The translations under genes were made by a program, and so were the position numbers. From Ptychomitrium polyphyllum (taxonomy: Eukaryota), in contig OZ316776.1 in NCBI GenBank assembly GCA_973851085.1, forward strand, positions 5,642,001 to 5,706,000: DNA of 64,000 bases, read 5' to 3'. Numbering within the stretch: position 1 is the first letter of the stretch; every line of letters begins with the position of its first letter. Below, one piece after another: positions 1 through 11,785 of this stretch. The notes beneath the pieces were generated by a model that was given only the letters and a program-made list of their open reading frames with translations, was not told the DNA's origin and ran no database searches.

Positions 1-715
1 TAGAGAGTGAATGCTAAGTTATAAGCTTAATTGTTGATTAGGTGAATAAATTATGTTGGTATTACAATGTGAATAGTTTGATAAGCAAGAAAGATGTACC
101 AATTGATAGGCATATTTGAATTATTGTGATATAATGCTTACAAGCTATCATTAATAAATAATATTTTATATTGCTAAAAGCTTTTTATTACAAGATTTGG
201 AGATTATGTTGGGATTGATTATTCTTAAGTCTTTTTTTAATCAAAAATATGAACATAGCATTTTATATAACAATTATGTTAACATTTCTCAAGGTATTTC
301 AAGGTATTTTTGATGAATATGTGAAAATATTAAATTTGTTTTTGAAGATTGCCATTGATGCCACACCTATATTTCATCCTTAGGATTGATATCGGATACC
401 GATTGTTATCAGAAGGATTTCTGTACGTATTTGCAAACATGTATTACATGACAATACTACATGCAAGAAACGCATATCCAGAACCGTCACTATACGCAAG
501 ACCCCCATCATCTAGAGGCTGCATACATTTAGCAGCCTGGCTCTACAAGAGGCATTGATAGTGTCAGATTTGGGAGCCGAGGCATGCGCCAGGCAGGGAC
601 GAGAGGGGTGCGGAGGTGGCGGTCGCCTTTGATTGCCATCCACACACCACCTACGCCGGGATGTGAAGCTGACGCTCGCCGCGACACCACCATCGCCACC
701 GCCACCGCCACCGCC

Positions 716-1830
716 ATGGCATCGTCCAAGCCCAAGCTCGCCCAAAAGGACCCCGCCCCCCACCAGGTAGATGTCTTTCTCCTCTCATCGCTTTATGTGC
801 TGGACGCAGTCATTCATGTGTTTGACAATCGCGTAACTTGGTCGAACACAATGGCGTTTGTTTGCGTTCCAGTTTTCAAGTTTTAGGATTTAGGGTTTAG
901 GATTAGGGTTTAGGTGCCAAGGACTCAGCCACTCAGGTACTTACGTTTCTCTCTCTTTGCCATCAATTCATGCGGCACATGATTATTCATGTTGTTGGAC
1001 AATCATGTTAGTCGAACACCGTGTCGATTTGTTGCGTTCCAGTTTTGGGGTTAGGGTTTAGGCTTTTAGTGCTGGGTTTGATTCTCACTTCGGTTGTATT
1101 CGGTTATGGGCTTTGGTCGCAGAGGCGAGACGCCAGCGTTGGGAGAGAAGCGGTGGATTCTGGAGTAGGGGCCTCGGGTGCGGCGGTCGTTGATTTGAAC
1201 GATCCTGACTTGCTGTTGTCTTCTGTGCTGCCGTTCAAGAAGACGCAGCTCACTGATCGGTATCCTAAAGGGCAGACAAGGGGGCGGCATTGGAAGCATC
1301 TCAAGCAGATTATTCAGGCGGAGAATTATTTTTCCTATCCTGCAGATGAGCCTACCTGTACGTGCCGAATTGGTCTCTTTTTAGGGGTGATACCGTAATT
1401 TGGATAAAGTGGGGTCTTTCTTTTTGGGATTAGGGTTGGTTCTGGGATGATGATAATTGCAATTTGAGTAAGATGATGAATTTCTGGTGGTCTTGATGTG
1501 AAGATGTGAGTATTGAATCTCCACCTTCTATGTACCCCCCCAAAAAGTACTGCGACATCACTGGTTTTGAGGTGAGTTCTCATTCCGGCAATGTCTACTG
1601 CTTAATGGAACCGTGTTTTAGTTTGAATGCATTGTCGAATGGAGGTGGTCTTTTGCTTCATATTTATGGAGGTGTACGTGGCGGTTGCTTTGATGCAGGC
1701 ACCTTATACAGACCCAAGGACAAAGCTACGCTATGCCAATGCTGAGGTGTTCAAGTTGGTTAGATCTTTACCGGAAGATCGCATTCAAGGCTATCTTGGC
1801 CTTCGAAATGCAGCTGTGGTGCTGAAGTGA
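716..1830 (+). CDS. IES6: INO80 chromatin-remodelling complex subunit C (Ies6/YL1_C domain), ~161 aa; exons 716-766, 1123-1357, 1504-1571, 1699-1830
   Basis: The spliced frame is continuous across GT-AG introns: MASSKPK...LPFKK...[15 protein letters not shown]...[37 protein letters not shown]...[32 protein letters not shown] is the Ies6/YL1_C signature. Confidence 0.93.
881..1062 (+). repeat. Telomere-like (TTTAGGG/telo-box) clusters in IES6 intron 1
   Basis: ttttaggatttagggtttaggattagggtttagg at 881-914 and ggggttagggtttagg at ~1047-1062. Confidence 0.75.
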
Positions 1831-2098
1831 GGGATTGAAAGTCGTTCTTGAATTCAGCTACATTGGTTGGATCCTTCTATTCATAATTTGTGGAACTGAT
1901 TGGTTGAGGTAGATAAGTGGCTATAACCATTTAAAGAAGAACGGAGTGTTGTCTCACAGCGTATCTATTTTGCCAAGACAGTTCCAGATTTGTGGCTGTG
2001 CATATTAGACCCGTTCTTTATGTTTATTACCCGTATGTCACTGACGAAACATATTCCATCTACTTCCTCCCTTTAAAAATACATATCAATTCCTGACA

Positions 2099-5000
2099 AT
2101 GAAGGTCTGTACTATGCGTTACCCCTGTCTAGGTTGTATTGTAGGCAGGGAGTTTGCTTCATTACCGCAGTGTATATCATCAACGGAGAAGTTTTCGTTG
2201 GCAGTGTCGAGTTCGAGGTTTAGCAGAGGGAGGAGTTTGAAGAGTACAGTGCACTGGTATCTACAAGACTCTTTAGTTTGGTCAACGCCATTTCCTAGGC
2301 TACGAAAGCTTTTTCTCAATCCTGCACTTACTTCTGCTACCGTTAAAGTTAGTGAGATTTTTACTGATTTGAGAACAGACACCAGCAGCATCTCTTACGA
2401 AGGCAGCGACGAAATTCTTAGCCTTGAAGTGGGTGAAGTAGATAATGGCAGCAACGTTGAAATAGGAACGTTTAATCTTTTGGATTGGCGCAAAGTATGC
2501 ATCCAAGTGTCAGAGTTTGCTAGCACTTCCATGGCAGTATCACTTGCTCGCGAGGGGTCTCTACCCATTGGCAGAAATGTAGCTGAAAGTGAGGAGCTTC
2601 AAGCACAGACGGCTGCTGCACAAATACTGTCCAGCCCGCTTGATTTTTTCGAAATTGCAGATCTGCGCTGTGTTATTGAGAATGCTAAATCTGGAAATGT
2701 ATGTCAGCTCGAGGAGCTGTGTCAAGTGAGGAAAACTTTAGCAGCAGTGAGACGTTTATACAGCCAGGTTTTTGACCTATCCATCTATGGAGTAAAAGAC
2801 GAGCAAGGTGTGTAATATCCTTCGTGGATCATTTGACTTGTCTTGGCAAGCGAAGCGCTGATCCAATCTTGCATCATATACTGGTTCCTCCTGAGACATG
2901 CCAAGTCTTTGTGAAGTAGTTATTGGCTTTTGAATCACCTATGTTTTGAATTTTTGCTCTTCTGGCTGCATTGAGAGGAACATAGTAATATGGTTAGCTA
3001 TAAATAGATTCATACAGGCTGATTTTTGGTTTGTACCTGGATGTTTCAGGCACTGCGTCAACTAACCCCTTGCAAACAGTAATGCTAAACTGTAATTTGT
3101 GCTCCGACCTTGAGGCGACAATTGATCATTGCTTGGATTGTTCGCGCTCTACCGTTCTTGACAGAGCCAGTCCAAAGTTGGCTTCAATTCGGCTGAAGAG
3201 GCAGGAGAATTCCAAGACCCTTGACGCACTTGTGAAAGAGACGGCTGCGATGGTTTTTAATGCCGGGGGTATGGATGCTCAACTTGTGACGAAGCGACGT
3301 GGGCGTATGTGCGTTGCAGTAAGAGCTTCCCAGAAGGGGCTACTTAAAGGTGGCGTTACATTGGATGTCAGCAATTCAGGGGCTACCTACTTTATGGAGC
3401 CTGAACCTGCTATCCATTTTAACAATGAGGAGATTCAACTCGCGGAATCGGAAAAATCCGAAGAAATTGCTATTTTACGGCAGCTGACTTTTATGCTTCT
3501 TGATGAGCGAACAGATGTTGTTGAGCTCTTGGAGAGAGTCATAACCCTTGACCTTGCGTGTGCACGAGCGGGTCATTCAGCGTGGCTAAATGCAGTTCGC
3601 CCCGTTTTTTTGAACAGTACGACGGCTTATGTGTCTTCAAGTGATTCCTTGTCTGCTCTTGATGCAATGTCAGACCAGGAGGATTTGTTGTTGGTTGATA
3701 TCAAGGGTTTGCGCCATCCTCTTTTACTAGGTTCTGCACTTGCTTCTCCTGTAAATGCACATAGATATGGTATCTTTTGGCAGAAGGCGAAGTCAAGAAA
3801 CTTCTCAGCTGGTGGCAAGAATGCTGAAACTCCAACTTCGGATAGGTTGTTACCCGTGCCAATCGATATCAACATCAGAAGGGGAGTTAAAGTCGTGACG
3901 ATAACAGGCCCCAACACTGGCGGGAAGACTGCTGCTCTGAAGACTTTGGGAGTCGTAGCCTTAATGGCGAAGGCGGGTTTATGTTTGCCTGCTACTGGCG
4001 TTCCGTCACTTCCATGGTTTGACTCCATTCTTGCAGACATCGGTGATGACCAGGTCTGGCAGCATTGTCTAGTTATTTTAATCGCTGATAACTAGGGCTT
4101 CTATTTCAATTTATGAAATGACTTATGAACACGAGAGAGGACAACCGCTGCAACTTTTGTTATTTGTTTGATTGGTCTTTATCGATTGTATTTAATACTG
4201 CCGAGTGAAAGCAATAGCTGCAGACTTCTGGGCTAGTTTTTGTTTCAGAAGTAGAACGAGATTGTTACATGTGTACTTCATATCGCTGGAAAAGAGCAGT
4301 GGAAGTTGACAAGCTATACGCTATCCGTCTACATGTAGATTGTTGAAGCAAGTTAAAGCAAGTTGTGATATAAATGATCTCGCTTTGCTTACTGATGTTC
4401 ATTAGAGGGATAACCTCTTACTTGAACTGAAAATTCTCTGACTGTAGTTTGTCCAAACGTGTGATTGCAGTCCTTAGAGCGCAGCTTATCAACCTTCAGT
4501 GGTCATATCCGAAGAGTTTGTCAGATTCTAGAAGCTGGCACAGCTCAATCACTTATTCTCCTTGACGAGATTGGAGGCGGGACGGATCCTTCCGAAGGAG
4601 CAGCTTTAGCTACAGCAATTCTTCGGAGCCTGGCTACCTCTGTACTGTTAACACTTGCAACTACGCATTGTGCTGAATTGCGCACATTAAAGGATCAGGA
4701 CCCAGAATTTGAGAATGCTTCAGTTGAGTTTGACGTGAAGACACTTCGACCTACCTATCGCTTGTTGTGGGGCAGAGCTGGTCAATCTAATGCCCTTAAT
4801 ATAGCAGCTTCTCTTGGGTTTGACTCAGAGGTTCTCATTCGAGCTAGGGAGCTAGTTTCGAAGCTGGTTCCTGCGAGCCTGGGGGCTAGGAGCACTGAGT
4901 TGATGGTGCCACTGCTCAAGCAGCGAGATGAGCAACGGGAGCGGTCTGTGGCTGCAGCTACTGCTCTTGAAGTTGTCTCAAAAGCTCATAATGAGGTAAA

Positions 5001-6593
5001 GTATCACTTGTCTAGACAAAAGAGTTTTAAGTGCTTATCTTTTAAGTGCTCATCTTCAGAAGAGTGTTTGTTGAGTTTCTACACTTTTGTTGGTTGATTT
5101 GACATGGAAGGTGTGACGTTTTGGTTTTGCAACAATCAAAGGATATCTTGGAACACTTTCGGAAGGTTTGTAATTGGAGTTAGGAGCATCAGTGCGTGAA
5201 CTTCTCTCAGCTTGTTTGCACGCAACTGCGAATTTAACTCATTATAATATCTGGGGAGAAACAACACATTCCAATCAATAGTTCAGAATGAGAATGGTGT
5301 TTATGCTAAAATTTTCAAGTTGTGTTGTTTAGTTACTATTAGAGGCGCAGAATCTGACACGGAAAGAAGCTAAGCTTCGGTTATCTCAAGAGGAAGCTTC
5401 AAATGAGGATGTTGCAGAGGCGAATGCAAAACTGGAACAAATCCTTTTGAGATTTCAGGGATTGACACAACAGAAGGGTAAGGAAGGGGAAGGCTTTTCG
5501 ATGCGTGATGCCCAAGCTGCAATAGCAGCAGTTGTAGAAGATTATGCCATTAAACCTGCAGCATCTATTACATCAACCTCTGCAAATGGTGTTGAATTGG
5601 AAGGCAAGGCAGGAGATGGCGAACCGCTCAGAGTTGGAGAACAAGTGATTATCAAACGGCTCGGAAAGTTGCCAGCGACTATAGTTGAAATTCCGCAGTC
5701 TGAAAATAACTGCTTGACTGTGCAAGCGGGCACCATGAAGATGCGAGTTAAATTGAATGAAATTGTATTTAGAGTTACTGGCTCAGAGAAAGAAGGTGCA
5801 AGAAAACCTTCAGTGCAGAAAGTAAAGGTGAGTTATATTTTCAGTCTACTCACCCTGATCTGGTCGCGCCAAAGACATGGGTTGGATCTGATGCTGCTGG
5901 TGTCTCGTCATTTTTTGGTCCTCCAATATTGTGTTCTGCAACCCCTAATTGAAGCATAGCCAGATAACTGCTGAAGCAACTGTTATATGATATGTAGCTA
6001 GTAATTATCTACAGCATCGTTGTGGAATTTAGTGATTTCATTGGTTAGACTTGATCAAATAGGCTTCTGGCTTCTGAGAGGTAAGCATTCTCCGTGTGTT
6101 TCTTAAATGGAGAATGGAGTAGTACTTTCGAATGAGATGTAGATTGCACCTCCGGGTGTAACGAAGGCTAGGGAGTTCTTAAGAGTATTATGTGTCACAT
6201 TCTTCTTATAGATGAAAGCCCTGCTATTTGTTTAACATATTTTGGTATTGCGAGATTGACTTCTTACCGTCTTTTCTGATACAGCAGCCAGCTAGGTCAG
6301 ATAAGTTGAAGCGGTCTGAGCCAGAGATGGAGGAGGTAAAATACGACGTTGCGGTGCAGACCTCAAAGAACACGCTCGACTTGCGAGGGAAACGAGTAGA
6401 GGAGTCGTTGCAGGAGTTGGATTTGGCACTTGCAAGCCGTGCACCACACTCAGTTTTGTTTATTGTGCATGGTATGGGCACTGGGGCTGTGAAGGAGGCG
6501 GTTTGGCAGGTCTTGAAGAAGCATCCTTATGTCGCTAAGTTCGAGCAAGAAAACGTGATGAATCCAGGATGTACTGTAGTATATATTAAGTAA
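2099..6593 (+). CDS. MUTS2: MutS2 family protein (ATPase + Smr domain), likely plastid-targeted; exons 2099-2807, 3050-4053, 4471-4995, 5333-5827, 6285-6593
   Basis: Walker A ITGPNTGGKT, DIGDDQ|SLERSLSTFSGH, Walker B LILLDEIGGGTDPSEG and ENASVEFD are present, with a C-terminal Smr domain (LDLRG...IVHGMGTGAVK). The N-terminus is Ser/Arg-rich like a transit peptide. Exon phases join. Confidence 0.95.
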
Positions 6594-9310
6594 AGATTGT
6601 GCAGGTATCATTAACTATATTGTTGACATGAAGAAAATTACTGTGTGAGTATGCCTTGGACGTCATTGCTTGTCGCTTGTCAGTCTACGTCGTGTCTTTC
6701 CAGACTACACAGGAACGAAGGTGTGGGTGCAAGCTACCTGCTCCAAATTTGTGCATGATCATAATAGAATGTATTGACTTTCTCTTCTACGAAGTCACCA
6801 TTGAGGATATGCTGTTTGCTGTCATTTGCTAAGTTTGATTCTGTAAGTTTGTACAATAGTTCAAAATTTTGCAGTCTTACATAACATTCTTCAGCAGTGG
6901 GAAAACTGCTGAAAAACTTCACCCTTTGATAAAAGATTATCATTAACACCACTTCTAACGCTACATTAGATGAAGCAAAGCAGAGAATAAAGAGGGCTCA
7001 ACCCTTTGATTCCAGGCTTGCTAAAGAATGTTATGCACATCGGATAGTGATCTCATCAAACCAGTCTTACCATTAATGATTCGTACCATTCAAAGTATTG
7101 TTCTCCTTTGACGTCGTCTGTCTTCTGTCCTGCTGTCCGTTAAGTTTAACCAGTCTGAAATGGCGCGTTGTTAGACAAGATATTGCTAGATGAGAAACAC
7201 CGTTGCATACTCTGCAGATAGTGGGTTGTCAACTGGGTAGTCCAAGTTACAGAGGGCCTACCGAACTTCTTAGAACAAGATTCAGCTCTTTCCATCAACG
7301 TTGGACAAGGTTAATCCAGACAGCTTCAAGTCCTGATCGAACTACTCACAGGATCGCAACAAAAAGAAGATTTCGATGCTGTTACCAATCCTCGTCGTGG
7401 CCGCGGCAAGAGTTACTCCCCGTCCATCACGCTGGAGAATGAGCAGCCGTGAAGTTCATCTAGCAGGCATCCACTCATTAGTGGCATTTGAAATGAGTCA
7501 GACACGGAGTGGAAGCCGTAGCAATCGCGCTGAGGACGGAGAACCTTGAATTATCGTCAGGATTGAAACCTTTCGTCTGTGTTGGAGAAAGGCAGACCAG
7601 GTGTAGGGCACTGTACAACATATCCTGCTCCAGTATGATACTGGCTGCGACGCTGCAATGGAAAATTCATGTACCGCACTTTTGGCTAGCTTACAAATAA
7701 TCTGGCCTAAATTGAGGTTCTGTTTCAGCCAGTCAGTAGTGTTTCTCACTGTCCAGGCCCCTATTCGAGTGAAGGCAGCATCATGTGCAGGCTTTTCATT
7801 TTGATTTCTTTGTCAAATTTTTGGAGGCAAAAATGTAGTAGTTTAGAAAAAAGTATCCAATTAAAAACCAAGATTCTTTTCCATTGTCTACATAACTTCA
7901 AAAACACTTATTATCTTTCTAAAAACGAAGAAGGATATACTTCAAAGTGACATTATAATTCTTTTAAATGCTTTAATTCATTTTAAGTTTTCTACATGAT
8001 GAAGTCTTTAAAAGGATGCTTAAATGAATTATTGTCAATCTAAACCACTAAGTTTGGTATGGCAAGCACTGCTTCTATTCGTGGGTGGTTGAAACAGCAA
8101 CTTAGGTCCAAATCTTTCATTCTCAGAACAACTGCGCTCCTACTAAAATCTGTTGATGAACTTCTGATTATGGTATCCCTATTCCCACAAAGAATGTTAG
8201 AATAAGAGAAGTTATCGAAGCTTAACACTGCAGAAGTTCGTGACTGAAAGCATTCCAGATGAAGTGCACCGTTTAGGGGTTTGTGCGGTGACACATACTC
8301 TTCCACATTTCCAACACTAACGTGACTTTTGTCACCATAACAGAGTATAGGGTACCGGTATATACCACTAGGAACATTGCTCAAGCTTCATACAACTTGA
8401 TTTTGTAAAACGTTTAAGAACAGAACTTATTAGACCAAAACTTGACCACATCCACTTGCCTTCCAGAACATGGAAGTCACAAATGGATAGCAGTAGAGGA
8501 GGTTGCCCCAACTATGAGTAGAAACCTTAATGCGCAAGTACAGGTGTATAACTTGCACAATCACTATGATATATTCTTGGGATTGAATATTGTGAATATG
8601 CAAATTGAAAGTATAGAAAGACATAAAGACGCCCTCTCATTCCTCAACCATCTGTCCATTCTCAAATATTGGGGACTACTAATTTGTAGGTCTTAAAATT
8701 ATGCTGTAGAGGCTGGAATAGGTAGTGGGACACGATATGTTGGTCAAATCAAATTGTGCAGAATGTACAAATTTATTACTACATGTATGTGTAAGTAAAC
8801 TTCACAGTTGACACTCTTCAGACTAAATGCTCAACTCTCAGTTCTTCTGCACTGAGCATAAAATCACCGATGGTGCATCCTTCACGGTAAGGAGAAAAGT
8901 TAGAGTACTTTAGCCGCAGATTGGTTATGTTAAATTTGTGAGGTGTATGAAGGATAGGTTTTCATTACCGTGAACTGCAATGTACCATGCTCATTGTCAG
9001 AGATTGGAATGCCTCGAAAGGTAGCAGATCATATGATTTGATGGTATACAAACCATTCTCAAAATTGTACAGAAATGTTGGAATAGTTGATAAAAAAGAT
9101 GAAGTGAAGACTCATTTGACCTAATAACAAAGACCTGCTCAAAATTGTTCTTCTGCATGACCTACTCTTAAACATCCGCTCTTTGAACAAGAGATGTACT
9201 CAGAGCGACGTTAAATATGAATTGCCACTCCTCCGCAGACTCCATACAATGCTTCGAACCAGCATAGGTTCAAACTAATTGAGCGAAAACCAGTGCGTGG
9301 TCTGTCCAGG

Positions 9311-11785
9311 TTATCTACCGCCAAAAGTTAGTACTATAGTTACTGATAAGAGCAAAATAGAACTCCTTGCAACTAAGTAGTCTGCTGAGGATGTTTGAGA
9401 AGAGTTTAGGTGGGTGCTGCACAGAAGTACACACAATGAGTTCAGATTGAGATTTAAAATGAAGGTGACGCATACTCAAGAACCAATTCTAGTTCTAAAC
9501 TTTGGCAGGAACAAATATCTCGTATAAGAAGAGATGTCTAAGGCTCCATACCTGGATGGGTAGGTACAGTTAGCATAACCTGCACATTCATCACAGTATT
9601 GTTTTAAGTGGGAAATATTATTGGTTTTAATATTTCAACAAGACTGTAGAAAGCTTGAGACTTTTGGAGCTTGACAAATGCTCGACAATAGAAAAAACTA
9701 AATACGATGTGTAATAAATATCCACGGCCGGACACAATTGCAGCTTGTCCGCAAAATATGTGAAGACTGCTGGTTTTGGGGACTGAAGCTTTTGACTCAC
9801 TTGGATCCTTTGTAGTGATTGCTGCCGTTCCCTGAAAGTTGCAAGAATTCACCGAATTTGGGTTTTTCTGAAAGTAGCTGTTCATTGCAAACGATGAATG
9901 TGATGATCGTGTGTTGGGCAGGAAGCAAGCTTGGCCTGGTTGAATGGGCAAGCAATCTGCTGCCCCTAGCCCACATGCGTAGTCCAGGGCTGCTTGCAAA
10001 TTGTCTTGTGTTGCATCCTGAAGAGAGAAAACAGAAACCTGAATAATACTAACCCCTCAAATGGAAATTGACTTGACTCTATAATAAACTGAGACTTCCA
10101 CATGAGATCTAAGGTATCATAGAACAAAGGTTGCCTTGAACAGAATTTAAAGCCAAGTTTGATATTCCGGACCTGCTTTGCTACACACCAAGTGCGAGGT
10201 GCAGACGCCGTAGGTGGACTAGTCACTTGCGTGATGCCGCTTCCAGAAAGATCCACAGCATATACAGGAGCCATATCATTGCTAAATAAGCCCATATTGC
10301 GAGTGGAGAGGGGGCCTTGGCGCTTGTTTTCGTTAAAAAGCTCATAAACGTAAGTAATGATCAACACTCCCGGCCTTCCTGGACTGCCAATCTTGCTCAG
10401 CACATGCTTCACAAGGTTAGCATTATACGTCTGTGCATTTGAAGGTGATAAACCCTTCTCATATGCTTCTCCCTGAGACGGCCACCCTGTCTCACTAATC
10501 AGAATAGTGAGATCAGTATGGTTCAGCTTCGCTAAAGCTGCGTATGTGGCATCAAGAAGCGAATCAAAGCCATTTGTGTACAGGAACCCAGTTGCGGAAT
10601 CCACCACTCCTGGATTGGACTGAAAGAGTGCAAACTCAAGGCTAATGTTTTGTTGGCCTTTCTGATATTCCTTGTGGGGGTAAACGTTGAGCATGAAAAA
10701 GGAGCCAGTTGCTGACAAGAAGTCCAACATGGGCTCCATGGTGGACTTGGAGAGATTAGCACTGAAGGCACCCGTAGAAGGTGGGAATTTGCTGACGAGC
10801 AGATCCGTTGAACAAGGCGTGGTCACTTTCATCATGCCGTCGAGGCCATACGAAACGAGAGCTGTGTGAATAAGCTTCATGGCAGGAAGGAGGAGCACCG
10901 CTTGGCTTGATTCGTAGCTGAGTACCTCATTGCCCACCGCGATGCCTGTGATGTTACACTTAGAAGCGTAGGGAACAATGTGGTCATTCACCCACTTGTA
11001 AGCCGTTGCATTGTCCTGCCCTATCGCCACAATCTCATCGTTGCGGACTCCCACCACGAGCTGAATATTGGAGCCCTGGAATGCGTTGAGAACGGAGGGG
11101 TTTGTGTCGTAAACGCGTGCCTGGGTTACTCCTGACTTCTTCAAGAGAGTCACTGCTTGTGCAGGTGTCGGCAAGTTGTCTCCGTAAGTTCCATAATTTA
11201 CACCGATGGAAGCTCCTGAACCAGGTACACATACACAAGAGTAAAGCTTTCAATAACAAAAGAGTCTGTGGAAAATTTCAACTTTTTGGCAGTAGATACA
11301 ACATACATAGATCTCCTTCATTACTGAACACTGTCCCGAGTACCCCACGTCAGTAAAAGTAGTCGGGACATTTCGCACTGACCTTCTAGAGTGTTCCAAC
11401 ATTCCGTACAGCGTCACGTGAAGTAAACCATTCATAAAGTTAGAGTATTTGTGGCAAGAAAGGAGGCCACAATCTCGACATTATGAAAAGCAGGGCATTA
11501 ATGCTATTCGTAAAAATTAGAAGGATGTAAAAGCTATGAAGACAGAAAATGCGACCTTCGGGCATGCTAATCTCGTTGGTAACAGAGGGTTGAAATATGC
11601 ATTTACCAACTAAAGATCATAGACGGTGGACTTGTACATAATAGTAACGCTAAAATCCCTCTAAAACCCAATGAAGTCTTTGAGCAGGTGCTGTTATCGA
11701 TTGAGAGTGTACCTGCACTGCAGACGAGGATGAACATGCTAAGAACTTGGAGCAGCCGCATTGTTGGTGCGTTTCCGTTCGCCAT
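9311..11785 (-). CDS. Glucan endo-1,3-beta-glucosidase (GH17) with X8/CBM43 domain and probable GPI signal; exons 11785-11713, 11215-10173, 10017-9801, 9579-9552, 9416-9311
   Basis: Signal peptide, IGVNYG, catalytic motifs AVGNE and ISETGWPS, X8 domain (WCVAKQ|DATQDNLQAALDYACG...CNFQGTAAITTKDPSYANCTYPS) and a hydrophobic tail (SSILLLSVTIVLTFGGR*). Confidence 0.93.

Noticed and set aside
6700..8700. Several 60-115 aa ORFs between MutS2 and the glucanase
   Set aside because: No recognisable motif and no consistent splice chain; probably UTR or intergenic.
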